Below are positions 1 to 14,504 of a stretch of DNA of 64,000 bases, piece by piece. The notes beneath the pieces were generated by a model. That model ran no database searches, had not been told where the DNA came from, and worked only from the letters and a program-made list of their open reading frames with translations. Origin of the DNA: Octopus sinensis (taxonomy: Eukaryota); assembly GCF_006345805.1 (NCBI RefSeq), contig NC_043009.1:3596001-3660000 (forward strand), given 5' to 3'. How positions within the stretch are numbered: the stretch's first letter is position 1; the number at the start of each line of letters is the position of its first letter. Position numbers and translations under genes: made by a program.

Positions 1-1395
1 ACAAAGATGCCCCTGAGACGGAGACTACACTTCAGAAGGAACAGATTTGCTTCCCATTGTATTGATGATAACCTTAAGCGAACACATTCAGTGAATTGCA
101 GGGAATCTCCTACCAAACCTTACTGTGTTTCCCATCTACCAGTAAAAGGAAACAATCTCTATATAACAACGAGAATATTTTTATTGAAAAGTATAAACCA
201 AGCTTGCATATGAACCCTTAACAAATTTTGGCTTTTGTAAATGTTTTATAACCAACTGTGTACTTACTAAAGTTTATAACTTACTGCATGTATAAATTTC
301 ATCTGTATTCACAAACTTAGCTCCTGGTCCTGATCAGACCTGTGTCGATTTTGTAATGAAACAAAGTAAATCTTTATTAAGCATTTTATACATTTAAAAG
401 TTGTCTAACACATCTAAAAATTAAATGCTTTGACCACTTATCCAATGGCGTGCTGCAGACTCAATAAGACAGAATAAACTTTTAGTTTTTGTGATACATG
501 AATTTTTGATGATCCCTCCTCTTTGCTTCAACAGTGTTCACTATAGTATTTTGTGTTTTGGTTGTGAATCAACGAGGAAGCGCAGTTGAAGGGTACGAAA
601 ATAGAAAGATATAAAACAAATCAGTAGAGTATACTCTCTCTGTGAACAAATGATGGGCCTTCTATGAATTCATTTGAAGAAATAACAACCAGATGTATTT
701 TAAGTAAAAATAACATTCGACCATCTTAAACGTACGAATAACACATTGGAAAGTGAAGTTAGGACCAAATATAGAAAATATTTTGTGCAGAATAATTCAG
801 TGAAATTGAACATTCTGTGTTCTATAATAGCTTGGAACAAACTATAATAGAACTTGCAAACAAATTATCCAAATACATTGGAACCAGACTTATAAAGACT
901 CTTGTTGGCAAGTATTAGTTAAAAAGAAATTTTTCATCGTAAATCTTACAGCCATTAAACATGCATACATGAAATCAGGAATATACAAAAATACTCGTAA
1001 TTGTATACATATAGAAATCTTACCCAAAAAATTGAAAAATAAAATATCTAGTTAATAGAAAAATATTCCTTAACAGTCCGTGTTTTATAACTGGATAACA
1101 AAAGCACTACAGGCGGGTACGTACATAGGACTAATCAATAGATTAAAACACAGATTATATGTATATTTAACTTACACTTATCGATTAAAAACTCAGCATG
1201 GTTTAGAAATAAAATATATACTAAAAAATACAATAAATGTTTTTCCAAAACAAAAATATTTTATAAACTTTTTATTAATTATAAACAACAAAGTTTCTAA
1301 TTAAACTACCAGACTTCCTCAACAATAATAAATAAATTATAGAGCTTGCAATTTTGTATTTTGTGTGTTTTCTTTAATTTCCAAGATTACGTATT

Positions 1396-1436
<41 letters not shown>

Positions 1437-4254
1437 CTTCGTATTTTTAATGTTACTACAGTGTATAGTAATTAGTTTTTTCTATAATTTATATTATATA
1501 TGTGTGTACATACGTGTATATATAGCACACGCACACACGTACATACGACCAAATGCCTGTGTGTATATATATGTGTGTGTGTGTGTAAATATTTATACAT
1601 ACACATATATATTTATACATACATATATATGTATATATATATTTACATATATATATATAAATATACATACATATACATATATAATATATATAACAGTATA
1701 TGTATGTATGTATATATAACTGCACATATGTGTGTATATACATATATAGATATATATGAATAGAAATCTTTGCATTGAAATATAAGCCGTTGGCAAAAGT
1801 GAATTTTAAAATTTAATTCCAAGGCCTACCACGATTCTATAATGAATTTCGCTAAGTTTGAGTAATAATAAATCATTTTAGATGGAAGAAAACATGAGCA
1901 GTTTTTTTTTTTTACTTTGCGTTTTTACATAAAATCCAACTACTTTTCTTTTCAAAATTACTATGTCCATGGCACAGCAATTTCTTGTAAACCAGAAATA
2001 AGATTCATACATTGTACCTAGTAATTGCCTTTCCATGGAATACTTCTCACCGTTGAAAACCAAAATGCTACAGTAGTCGGCTAACATTTCACTATAATGA
2101 AAATAACGGAATGTAGCAACACATTTGGAACTTTAAGAACAATGTGGAATTCTCTTGAATTGTAACACTATCTAACATTCCCTGTTTAAATTTTACATAC
2201 ACTATATTGTGCGCTACTCTTTAAGCAAGGCCCAATATTGTGCTATCATCAGAAACATATAAATTGTAAATTAAGAGCCTGCATTTGGGCGGGTATCCGG
2301 AATGATTATGTAATTCTGGGCGCTGAGTTGCATTCATCTTTCTAGGAAATGTATAATATTATCTAGGAATAGCATCTGTCGTTGGTGAGCATTCTTGTGA
2401 AACATTAATATATTGTCTGCGTGACAGCATGAAAGCAGAGTTGAATACAATTCATTCAAATATTTCACTGATATTCAAAAGATATTTCGAATAATATTTA
2501 ATACACTGTAATATGGCAAAAAAGTGAAAATAATAATTATTATATTTCCACGTTGCAGTATAGGAAATGTTTCTATGATTCACACATGAAATAAGTTTCT
2601 TCTAATATATCATGGCGACAACAACAAAAAAATAATGGTTCACTTTGCCGCTTAACAGAGTACTATGTATATTTTATGTGTTTGTCGTTACAGACAAGCA
2701 GATCAGTTCCCAATCTCTGTGGAGTATTGTATTGTTTTTTCCAAGAATTCCTACCGAAAACAAATAATACGGAACAGGTGAAACTGTAGAATGGTCACCC
2801 GGGTTGGCTTTTATTGTTCTTTTTGCTGTTGAGTTGCAGACCAAAACTTATAGATCAGGTTTATGATTAAATGGCATGGCAGCCGTGAAGATCTTCTATA
2901 TGTTTTTCAGAGACAGCATATCTATTACAGCACTACGAGAGGAAACCTAGGACAGTACATATTGAGTTACCATTGTAATCGTGTTGAATAACAGGCCATA
3001 GTTGACTATATCTTTTGGAGAGTCCTACACCATAATAGAGTAAAAAGGCCACTCAACTTCATCAATGACATCAGTAGCGAAAGGATATGAAATTGAAGAA
3101 TGCAGGAACCGATATTCCTAACGCAGCTGGTAACTCTGATATTGGTTATGACCGTTTGAAGAAGAATATTTAGGACAGCGTTGTCACTTATTTTAAACTT
3201 GGGACATGGTTTCCAAGAATTTCAATAAAATGTGTACGGGTACTCATATTGGCTTCTATGTAACGCTACATTAAACAGCGATTGATTTTGTAAGTCACAA
3301 TGAGCAAGTGATCATTTCTCCTGATATTTATGCTTTATCGACCCCAGGAATTTGAAAACGAAAGTCGAGTGCCGAGAAATTTAAACCCTGAACGTAAACA
3401 CGGAGGAAATGCTGTTAGACATTTTGCCCCGACATGTTAGCAAGTCTACCAGCTCGTCTCTTTGGAAGCAAAGAGGTTATTACATTTTGGATCTAACCTG
3501 TAGGTCAATGCATTAATGTAGCCTCGTTTGCCCTGTACTGAAACACTCCTAACTCTCCCAGGGAAAATCCCCCACTGCATTACGTATAAAACGTAAAGGC
3601 AAACTAACCTGCGGGAATACATGTATGACGTAGCATCATCCCATGGTTCACTTCCACACCTTTAGTACTATCTGTTTAATTTTGCCAACCTTCAAGGAAA
3701 GACCCACGAGCCAAGACTATGGGAGATCAGCATGGACTCAAGGCATTCAAACATCACCCATCAAATCACATATCTCGGATTGGAGAAAAGAAAGAACATA
3801 TGACAAAGAACATATGATGGAGGAAGAGAAAACAATGTTGTAGTGATAGCTGTAATGACTTGTTCGATCTGAACCAACGAGAATGACTAAGTAATAAGAA
3901 GAAAGAAAAGCCAACGGTTAGAACAACCATATTAGAAAGCACAATAGGAATGATGAAGTAATGAGGGGATTCTGTGACGCCTAATAATGTACCGCTAGAA
4001 ACAACAGCTAAGTTGTTGCCTCCACCGTCAATACCAGATAATAAAGCTTACCATATTTTGAAAAGAAGAGAAACGGAGAAGAAAAATGTCGTCTAGGATA
4101 TGTTATCTGAAAATAGTGTATTGTGGTCATGGTTGGACCGTTCACACATATTTAATTCATTTCAGTTGATCTGAGATTAAAGACGGCCGTACGGTCAAGC
4201 ATACGTCTATACTTCGATCCTATAACTTTTTACACTGAATTACAAGATAATAAA

Positions 4255-4306
<52 letters not shown>

Positions 4307-4477
4307 GTTTCAGAAATAGCAGCAACAAAATCATTAGAACAAACGAGAGAAGAGTAATAACGACTATGCAGTAAATCATACTTGAATTACTTTCTGATCT
4401 TCAACGCGCTCAGAAAATCAGTAGAAATTACTTCAAAGTATACTGTTGAAGAAGATTTTACTCATTACACAGTAATA

Positions 4478-4712
4478 CAGCAATTCCTCGACTATCACGG
4501 GTGGTACGTTCCAAAATCTCCAACAGAAATAATCAAGATCTAGAACTGTATAAATACCTGGCGGTCGCAGAGTTCTTCTAGTTCTAGGGAGTCCGCAATA
4601 TAAATTTACATAAATTAGCCAGAACAATCTGCGATATATTGAGTGTACGATAGATGAACCGCGATTTACTGAGTACGTGATAAGTAAACCGCGATATGGC
4701 GAGGTATTACTG
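4478..4712. mobile_element. pogo/Tigger-like MITE
   Basis: Imperfect TIRs cagcaattcctcgactatcacgg ... ccgcgatatggcgaggtattactg, flanked by TA on both sides; no ORF; subterminal aaccgcgat motif repeated. Confidence 0.7.
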
Positions 4713-4940
4713 TACTGCAGTATTACTATAATGTTCTATTTTACATTAAAGTAAAGCATAGAGAAATATCCTCATGTAGTCAGAATTAATTATTTCCTAT
4801 ACTGTGAAGGACAATGTGTCTTTCGGGTGTATTTCGAATTTACTAATTAAAGGCATACCGAAATGAATTTTTCCCTATCGGCTAAGAGTGCAATGTCACT
4901 GGGATCGATATATACTTTGAGTCATAATTGAATTTATTAT

Positions 4941-5185
4941 TCTGTTGTGTCTGGGGAGAGTCATTTTCTTTTTGTACCTTATAATATAACAAACTCACCG
5001 GTGAAATTTCCGCTTATTTCTTATTTTTATTTTCTAAAATTTTCGTTGCGTGTTGCAACTTTTTCAATTGTTTTGACTCTCAAAATTGTCTGGGGAGAGT
5101 CATTTTCTTTTTGTGCTTTATAATGTAACAAACTCACGGGTAAAATTTCCACAAAAAGAAAATGACTCTCCCCAGACACAACAGA
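4941..5185. repeat. Short repeat with direct and inverted copies (Penelope pLTR-like remnant)
   Basis: tgtctggggagagtcattttctttttgt occurs twice in direct orientation (~4948, ~5087) and once inverted (5151-5185); contains a hammerhead-like motif on the minus strand. Confidence 0.6.
5033..5072 (-). ncRNA. Degenerate minimal hammerhead-like motif, U3-A8 variant
   Basis: Minus strand reads TTGAAAA-A-GTTGC-aacac-GCAAC-GAAA-ATTT; 5-bp stem II is perfect, stem I is weak. Confidence 0.35.
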
Positions 5186-6008
5186 AAATGCTTCAACACA
5201 CGAACTCGTATAAAGAATCTTGAAAACCAAATACAAAAACATAGCTTGCAGAATAAACTGGGTATTGAATAACGTGTTGTGCAGTCATGATTTTTTTTTG
5301 GTCGATGGCCAAGACGTTTAAATCTAAATTGCCATGCCCATCTAATTATTTGTAAATGTTGCATGGTTTACCGTTTAATGTAACGGGCAGAGGTTGCAAT
5401 GTGGGTCAGGAGTGCCAGACTTTCTTGCGTGGGGCTGGGTTCATTTCAACAGCCACCAATAGAAAGCTAACAACCAAACCATGACACAAGCAGATGTGTC
5501 ATTTACATGTCGTCTGACCCCTTCAGAAATGGTAAACAAGTGAAATCAATTGATGCATAAAATTCCGTAAATGAATGGATAAAATGAAGAGCAACAAATA
5601 CCTGTTGAATCCAGCGTATTTCCTCATAGGGAAATAAATAAAATGCCTACACGCCTTTGTCCTAATTCGAAAATTAGTAACAGAACCATTAGGAAATATA
5701 AGACAAAAATGGAAAACAAATTCCTCTCCAATCTCAAACATGATTTGGAATAAAATCTACATATGACAAGTGTAATAGCTATATTAATAAAAATGTAACG
5801 GTAAAAACCATAAATAATGAACAATAAATCTTTGAAAGAATTGGTGCAGTGTATGATGATTAAGCATAGAAAATTAAGCTCATTAGTTGTTTTTTCCTTG
5901 TCATACACATCTAATGAATTATGTAGAATTGACAACAGCCACAGAACAATAGAATGAGTAAATATATTATTAAAACACATACACACACACACACAAACAC
6001 ACACATAC

Positions 6009-6078
<70 letters not shown>

Positions 6079-6173
6079 TATACATATATACATAAAGATA
6101 CATTATATATATATAGAAAGAAAAGTATGAATAGAGTCAAAACGAAGAGGGAGTGCGATTCGACAGCTGTATA

Positions 6174-6206
<33 letters not shown>

Positions 6207-6463
6207 ACAAGTATATCAAGTATATATGCATGTGTATATATATATGTATGTGGGAATTTTCCTTGTGTTGTATGTCTTGTACTTTATTTTTTCGTTGTTT
6301 AAAAGAAATGTCCATCTCCTTGGTTTTGTGTTTATGTTTTCGTTTCTCATTGTGTTCGACGTTTTTTTGGTGTCCTGTACCCATATATGCATGTATATAT
6401 ACATATAGATGTAGGTACGTACATATATTATATATATATGCATATGTTTTATTTATTAATTTG

Positions 6464-6506
<43 letters not shown>

Positions 6507-6596
6507 CATAACTCTTTGTACAGATACACAGGTATACATACATTTATATATAAATGCAAGGAGAGAGAGAGAGAGAGAGAAAGTGAGAGAGAAAAA

Positions 6597-6640
<44 letters not shown>

Positions 6641-7007
6641 ATGAATTAAAGAAAAAAAGAAACAAACAAACAAACAAACAAACGAAGATGTCTGTTAATG
6701 TACAATGTCGCAAGTTCGACAGAAGGTATATATCATAATGTATACCAAGAAACCTATATAGAGATGAAACTTATACTATATATATATAACGCAATATATT
6801 TCAATATAGGGTTCCTCATTCAATCTCTCTGCATGATACCTTGGGCAAGTATTATCTATTATAGCCCTAGGCAAACGACAGACTTCTGAGTGAATTTGTT
6901 ACACGGAAACTTCAGCGTTGTTCATCTGAAATTAACCGAAAAGCATGTATATATAGAAGAGTTATTTACTTCATACTCCTTGTGTGCCGATTCTCCCGAA
7001 AAGAAAT

Positions 7008-7223
7008 GAATGTTAGCGCGCCGGGCGAAATGCTTAGCGGTATTTCCTCTGCCGTTACGTTCAGAGTTCAAATTTTGCCGAGGTTGACTTTGCCTTTCAT
7101 CCTTTCGGGATCGATAAATTAAGTACCAGTTAAGCAATGGGGGCGATGTAATCGATTTAATCCCTTTGTCTGTCCTTGTTTGTCCCCTCTATGTTTAGCC
7201 CCTTGTGGGCAATAAAGAAATAA
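7008..7223 (+). mobile_element. SINE, family B (my label)
   Basis: gttagcgcgccgggcgaaatgcttagcgg...gagttcaaatt (B-box-like)...gccccttgtgggcaataaagaaataa; homologous copies at 11384, 51147, 53357. Confidence 0.8.
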
Positions 7224-7383
7224 GGAACAAATAATACAATGTGACAGTGGGTCATAACACCCGCTCAAAGTCGGGGTACGTTGTTGGCTTTATATAGATA
7301 TGTTTGCATGTTAGTATGTCTGTGTATATACATGTGTGTGTGTGTGTACATGTATATATATATATATGTATATATATAGAGAG

Positions 7384-7452
<69 letters not shown>

Positions 7453-8249
7453 TAGATATAGACATCTTTATCTTCGTACTCAAAACATAAGTACATAGGA
7501 TATTGTCGTACATAGGATATTGTCGTGGAACTTATGAAGTTCCATATCAATTAAGTATACCATATGTGCATAGACATAGTCTTAGATCATCGAAATACTC
7601 GTAGTGATATCTATCCTTTCCCAAACAGATGATTCCGTTTTTACTTTGAATGGCTTCAAATAGGCATCTTTTGAGGAATAATGAACACAAATCATCGAAG
7701 AACAAATGATATACTTCATGCTACATGAATTAGATTATACCTGTAAAACATTTATATCGACACTGGTAGATAATATTCCAGATGTGGAAACACGCTTTTC
7801 CGGAACGAGATGTACCCAGCGTCATAGATAATTATGTCCCTCTCCTTGATAACTTCTTCCGTTTCCATGACGGATAGCCTGTATTGTAAGAGATGTTGTG
7901 CAAGCAGCCTGCCTCAATCTCCAAGGTCAGCATATTCTCTTAAACCAAATTTGAATCTCGCTATATTCTCATTAAATTCGAAGTAGATGTCATTTTCAAA
8001 CTTTCAGTTACATGATGACTCTATGTAGCATTATGTTTTGAAATTGAAATCTGTGGCCATTCACTCAGCAGAAAATGCATGGGTGAATGTAATATTTCAA
8101 ATAAGCTAATGGCAGGAATTTTCATTAATATATTTCCTGAGTTTAATTTTACATTTCGTTCTGAGCAGGAAAAAAAATACTTCTGAATATTACCAATAGT
8201 TATAGATCATTGTGGAATGAAAGGAGAAAGAACTCCAAGAAATTTTACT

Positions 8250-8430
8250 ATCTTTTACTCGTTTACACGTTTCATTCAATTAACTGCGGCCATGCAGGTA
8301 CACTGCCTTCAAGGGTTTTAGTCGAAGAAATCGATCCCAGGAATTATTCTATCAGTTAATTTTGCCGTACCGCTACGCGACGGAAACATAAACACACCAC
8401 CATCAGTTGTCAAGTGATGATTGGTGGACT
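8250..8430 (-). mobile_element. SINE family C, 3' half (diverged)
   Basis: Similar to the 3' half of the 15437-15818 copy (actgcggccatgc...ttttagtcga...acaccaccatcagttgtcaag). Confidence 0.6.
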
Positions 8431-8787
8431 AGCATAGACACACACACACACATACACACACACACACACATACACACACACACATACACACACACACACA
8501 CAGACACACACACATTTACATGCATACAAGCATACATACATATATATATACTAGAAATGTACCCATGGCCTATAGCCTCATTGTATTATCTGTTCCTTTC
8601 TTATATGCAGAGGAGTGTGAAACAAAGAACTCTTCTTTATAAGCATGTCTTTCGGTCATATTCTGATGAACAATGCTGCAGTTTCCGTCTACCAGATTCA
8701 GTCGTAGATAACGCCCGTGGAAAAATGAGGTTCGGAAGCGAACTCCTCAACCTAATATCTGTGTATGTGTGTGCCTCTTTGTGTGTT

Positions 8788-8831
<44 letters not shown>

Positions 8832-9181
8832 TGTGTGTGTGTCTTTGCGTGTTGCCATTTGTTGTTAAATCGAGTACTGATAAAGACTGTTCAAGCAGAC
8901 TTACCTGCCTTAATTACAAACCTCAAAATTGTGCAACCCTACCTAGTTTTTGGGGTTATTTTTGTAGTAAAAAAGAGTTGTTGTGCAAAAGACATAGTCA
9001 ATTTGGTAGCCGAAAGATTATTGAATCTTTTGATAACTCATACGTCAAAATCAGCAACACAATTTTCGAATCCATACGAAAGATAAGCGCCCCACCCTAC
9101 ACACAATGTTTTTTATATGTTAATATATATATGCATATATATATATATATATATATTATTATATATATATATTATATATAT

Positions 9182-9214
<33 letters not shown>

Positions 9215-9288
9215 TATATATAATATATATATATAATATATATATATATAGATATATATATATATATATAATATATATATATATATAT

Positions 9289-9372
<84 letters not shown>

Positions 9373-9387
9373 ATATATATATATATA

Positions 9388-9530
9388 TACGACGAGCTTG
9401 TTTCCGTCTACCAAAACCACTACAATCCCGAGGCTGTAGTAGAAGACACTCTCCCAGTGTACCACGCAGTGGGACTGAATCCTGAACCATGTTGTTGGTG
9501 GCATGCAAGCTTATTACCACACAGCCACGC
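9388..9530 (-). mobile_element. SINE family C, 5' half
   Basis: gtttccgtctaccaaa...cacgcagtgggactgaatcc...accacacagccac matches the head of the 55340 copy in reverse. Confidence 0.7.
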
Positions 9531-10052
9531 TTAATTGACTTCTCAAAAATAATTTACATTTCTTTGTGGCCAGGTGTTGCCGTAGACATGTTGTAGAACA
9601 TTGGACATTACCAGAATAACTGTGTTTCGTGCCTGCCAAAGCAAATTTTTAATTATAGAAAAAGTTATGAATTATCTTTGTGTGGTATGAATTGCGTAAT
9701 TGACAACAATTAAATTAGATAAGGAAAATAACTCAGATCTTATTAAAATTGTTGAAGCAAATCCAAAGCTTAATGTTATTCATTCTTTGACACTTAAAGC
9801 CTAACAAGGGAAGAAGCTTTTGTCATGTTAGGCAGCCCTATTTGTGTAGCTTTTAACCTATTTCAGTTTTTTTTCTCTTGTTCATTCTGTTATTGCCTGT
9901 ATCCTATGAGCATAGTATCCTTGCATATGCATGGCCAGGGTTAGCATTAGTAATTTATACCGGTAGTAAAAAACGGATATTCTTATCCCTTAGACAGTTA
10001 TCCCAGCCGCTAACTCTACTTAACTTTCTCTCTCTCTCTCTCACTCTCTCTT

Positions 10053-10083
<31 letters not shown>

Positions 10084-10515
10084 TCCTCTTTATATATATA
10101 TATATTTGTGCGTGTATGTATGTGCATGCGTATGACTGTTTGCACGTGTCAGTGCGTGCGTGCGTGTGCGTAAGTACACCAGAGCAAAATGTCTTCGCAG
10201 TAAGTGTTGTCAGCTGACTATTTATATTTAGTTATTTATGTATTATTTATGTATCTATTTTTACTGGCAATGGTGAAGGGTTCCGGCTAAACAGAAATTC
10301 TGCGACTGTAACAGACGGAATCTCTGATTTTCTTGTCACTGCCTTTTAAAAACAGTAAAAAAAAAGAAAGAAACCAGGGCAACGTTCCCAGAATGGTTGC
10401 AGGGCAGAAGACGCAAGAGAATAATTCATCCAAAAACACCACCGTATTCTTCGTGATGTGTTGAATATTGTTGTTATTACTATTGTTGTTATTACTATTA
10501 TTATTACTATTATTA

Positions 10516-10592
<77 letters not shown>

Positions 10593-10595
10593 TTG

Positions 10596-10632
<37 letters not shown>

Positions 10633-10835
10633 CAGTAGTAGTAGTAAATTGTTTTGTCTGCGGTGGCCACCATTAAGAATTTGTTTGTAAACAATACAAT
10701 AAAAAATGAAAAGAAAACAAAATCCCCACCCTCGGGGTATTTGTATTTCTATTTCATTTTTCGCTTCTACATTATTTTTGCCTTTGGTTCTTTCACGGTA
10801 TTGGTATTATTTGCATTACTATTATTTTTATTATT

Positions 10836-10937
<102 letters not shown>

Positions 10938-11354
10938 TGATGTTGCATTTATGATAATAACATGCAGATAGTTGCTTTTGATTCCGTTATATGCATGCTG
11001 TTCAAAATGTTGCTGATAACAATAACGGTGATTATAGCGGAATAATAGAATTACAAGAATAAGTGCAAAGAAGGAAGACGAAGGTAAAAAATGCAAAAAG
11101 AAAACAAACAAACCAAAAAAACAAAAGAAGGAATGGAAGAGAGAATGAAATGGTTAATAGAAACAGAATCGTCAGACGGTGAAGGAGATGCTGCTGGAAA
11201 GCAAGAACGACGACGATGACGACAATATTGGCGGTGGCTGCAGAAGCGGAGGAGGAGGAAGTGTCAGTGGTGACTGTGTCGAAGGCGACGGGGACATCGA
11301 CGGCATCCATCATAAGAATGATTGATACGATGAAGATGAATATCACGATGGTGG

Positions 11355-11530
11355 TATCGACCCTGGAAGGATGAAAGGCAAAGCCGAGGTAGACTTTGCC
11401 TTTCATCCTTCCGGGGTCGATAAATTAAGTACCAGTTATGCACTGGGGTCGATATAATCGACTTAATCCGCCTGTCTGTCCTTGTTTGTCCCCTCTGTGT
11501 TTAGCCCCTTGTGGGTAGTAAAGAAATAGG
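11355..11530 (+). mobile_element. 5'-truncated SINE family B with 29-bp inverted duplication at its 5' junction
   Basis: Arms 11355-11383 and 11394-11422 are inverted copies (1 mismatch); the SINE body continues to gtgggtagtaaagaaatag. Confidence 0.8.
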
Positions 11531-11759
11531 TATTTTTTCCGTTTTATCTATTATATTATTGTTGATACTCTACATGTTAATGTGATTATTATTTCATTTA
11601 GTTCCACACCTACAGAGTTATTTCTTAAAATATCCATATTAATTAATATCAGATATCTATAAATTAAAAAGTAATTTCGCACGCATTGTTCTCTTTTGGA
11701 CATTCGAATTTTTCCTCTACCGAAATCAAATCGGTCTTCTCTCCTTCCCAGATCTTGAG

Positions 11760-11846
<87 letters not shown>

Positions 11847-11941
11847 TATATATATATACATGTATATACATATGTGTATGTATATATGTGTGTATATATA
11901 TGTGTACTAGTATACACACATGCATATATATATATACATAT

Positions 11942-11994
<53 letters not shown>

Positions 11995-12597
11995 CATACA
12001 TACTAGATGTGTGGGAAATTCTATCTGTGGTGTTGTTAACTAACTCCTTCTACATAGTTTTATCAATCTTGATGAAAACTTGACACGTGAGTAGAACTCG
12101 TGTCTGGAAACTTCATGGCATACTCAGTTTATTGAAAACATCGATGGAAGGGATTCTTATATACATATCTAATGTAGCTTATTTTAAAAGCCAAGGGAAA
12201 TATCCCATTCACTTTCCGAAATATTTTGATATAAATCAAACTGAGTATGCTTATTTCTTAGTATTAGAACTGTAGGAGTTATTTTCGCAATTTATCCATT
12301 ACAACCCTTAAACAAGTAAATATATTTTCCTAAACAATAGGTTCACGTATTTCGGTTACTGACTTATTCACGAATACACCAACATTAGCGCCCCTGTTGG
12401 TAGTATTCTCCGGGAATGCAGAAAAGTCCTTTTCAGAGTAATTTACTTTGAATTGTTATTATCTCATATCTGATTAGCCTGTTATTACGTAACATGCTTC
12501 ACGATTTTAACATACATACCTTATTAATATTTCCTCCTATGTTCTATATACTCTGGGAACGCATTAAAACCATTTTCGGGGGCTACTTTATATAAAA

Positions 12598-12826
12598 TCT
12601 TACTATCAGTTTAATTAATTTCATGTTGTTACATAACTGACTTCATAATTTGGATATTCATAACTTACTTGGAATTCCTAAAAACCAGAACCTTGTGAAG
12701 ACAGTTCGGTAATCTCTGTAAATGCACAAAAACTGTATTGTTGTTATTAGATTAGTGAAACAATTATGAGAATGGAACCAAGGAATAAGCGCCGCTTTCC
12801 CAGGAATTCCCGGGTACGTCTGCTAG
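12598..12826 (+). mobile_element. Possible short non-autonomous Helitron
   Basis: Begins a|TCTTACTA and ends in a GC-rich cccaggaattcccggg element followed by gtctgCTAG. Confidence 0.35.
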
Positions 12827-13091
12827 CATACATACATATATACATACATATATATATATGTGTGTGTGTGTAAGTTATGTTACTATCAATATATATCTCT
12901 ATCTATATGTATATATCTATCTCTAACTCTCTCTCTATATATATATGTGTGTGTGCGTATGCATGTGTGTGTGCGTATGCGCGTGTGTATGTGTGTGTTT
13001 GTGTTTGTGGGTTTTTGTGTAGATAGATACATACATACAGAGATAGGTAAACAGATGGATAGACAGATAGATAGACAGGTAGATAAATATG

Positions 13092-14208
13092 TTTCTTTAT
13101 TAGCCACACAGGGCTGCACACAGATAGAACAAATTACAAGGTAGAGCTTTTCTTTTGAAGGTATTAAAAAAAAAAAAAAAAAAAAAAAAGGAAGGGGGAG
13201 GTTCGATCAAAAGGGATCGTAAAAGGAGAGAAAGAGGACAAAAATAAGGGGGGTTAAAAAAAAAAAAAAAAAAAAAAGGGGGGGGAGAGGAAAAAAAAAT
13301 GATCAATAGGGATCGTTATCACAGAAATGTCAATATGAAGTGTAAAGGGGAGGACAGGTGAGGTTTACCCGTGGAAAGAAAAGCCTGCGGAAAAGACCAC
13401 GGTAACCTCGGTCAATGAAGTCACATTTTATATTTCTTTTTTTTTTTTTTTTTTTTTTGCAAATAAGCAACTCTCTGTTTTCGATTTCTGGGTTCATAGG
13501 ACTATGCTCAAGGTGGCTTCGTCATTCATACGTGCCATTCTTGCTACATTCACCCATCTTTTTTTAAAACATTCGCTAGACAAAACTTGCCTCTCTACTC
13601 TCACTTTCCTTTTCAAGTGGTACTTGAAGAAGTTGATGAGAGATTGACCAGAGAGGAAAGTGTTTGTCTCCAATCCTTTCAGACGCGTCCACCAGATACA
13701 TTCTTTCGCCATAGCCACAAGGATGATGAAAATAGCTCTTCCTTCCCGTTTGAAGGAAGGAGGCGTGACAATATTGACGATAGACTCAGCTGATAAACCG
13801 ACTCGTCCCACACGTGACAGCAGTTGTTCGACACAAGCCCACAGGTCGGAAATTGTTGGACACTGAACGAGTGCGTGCAGAACAGTTTCGTCGCTCTGAC
13901 CGCATCTCGGGCAGGTCGGCCCCGTGTTTCTCGAGCCGTGTCTGTAGAGCTTATCCCGAACGGGTAGCGCTTCTCGGTAGCACTGCCAGGCCAGGGATCT
14001 CTGGAAGTTGTCCATGGGCCCTGGCCCGAAAGTCGTCCCGAACAGGCGGGTCAGGTACTCCTCGTCGACGTCCAGGTTCGCCCCGAGCTCGTCGTCGTAC
14101 CTCCCCTCCACTAAACCCCTATAGAATGCTTTGGTTGTGTTGAAGTCACTTAAGGTCGACCCAGGACGGCAGAGTTGCTTGAGAGCAACGCGACACTCGC
14201 GGTGCCAA
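13092..14208 (-). mobile_element. Tx1/L1-type LINE, 5'-truncated ORF2 C-terminus plus 3' UTR
   Basis: ORF 13494-14111 has a zf-RVT-like region (LAWQCYREALPVRDKL...CPRCGQSDETVLHALVQC...IWWTR); the 3' UTR ends at AATAAAG (~13095); GATA-type tracts on both flanks. Confidence 0.85.
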
Positions 14209-14214
14209 AATAAA

Positions 14215-14239
14215 TAGACAGACAGATAGATAAATAGAC

Positions 14240-14298
<59 letters not shown>

Positions 14299-14423
14299 CG
14301 ATAAGTAGATATATAAATAGAGAGATATATAAATAGTCAGATAGATAGACAAACAGAAAGACAGATGGCTGGATGAATGAATGGATGGATCAATGGTTGG
14401 ATGGGTAGATGGCTGGGTGGATG

Positions 14424-14502
<79 letters not shown>
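14215..14502. repeat. (GATA)n/(GGAT)n microsatellite
   Basis: Direct reading. Confidence 0.95.

Positions 14503-14504
<2 letters not shown>

Noticed and set aside
11160-11350. GC-richer stretch that looks coding
   Set aside because: Reads as decayed trinucleotide repeats with no splice-site or homology support.
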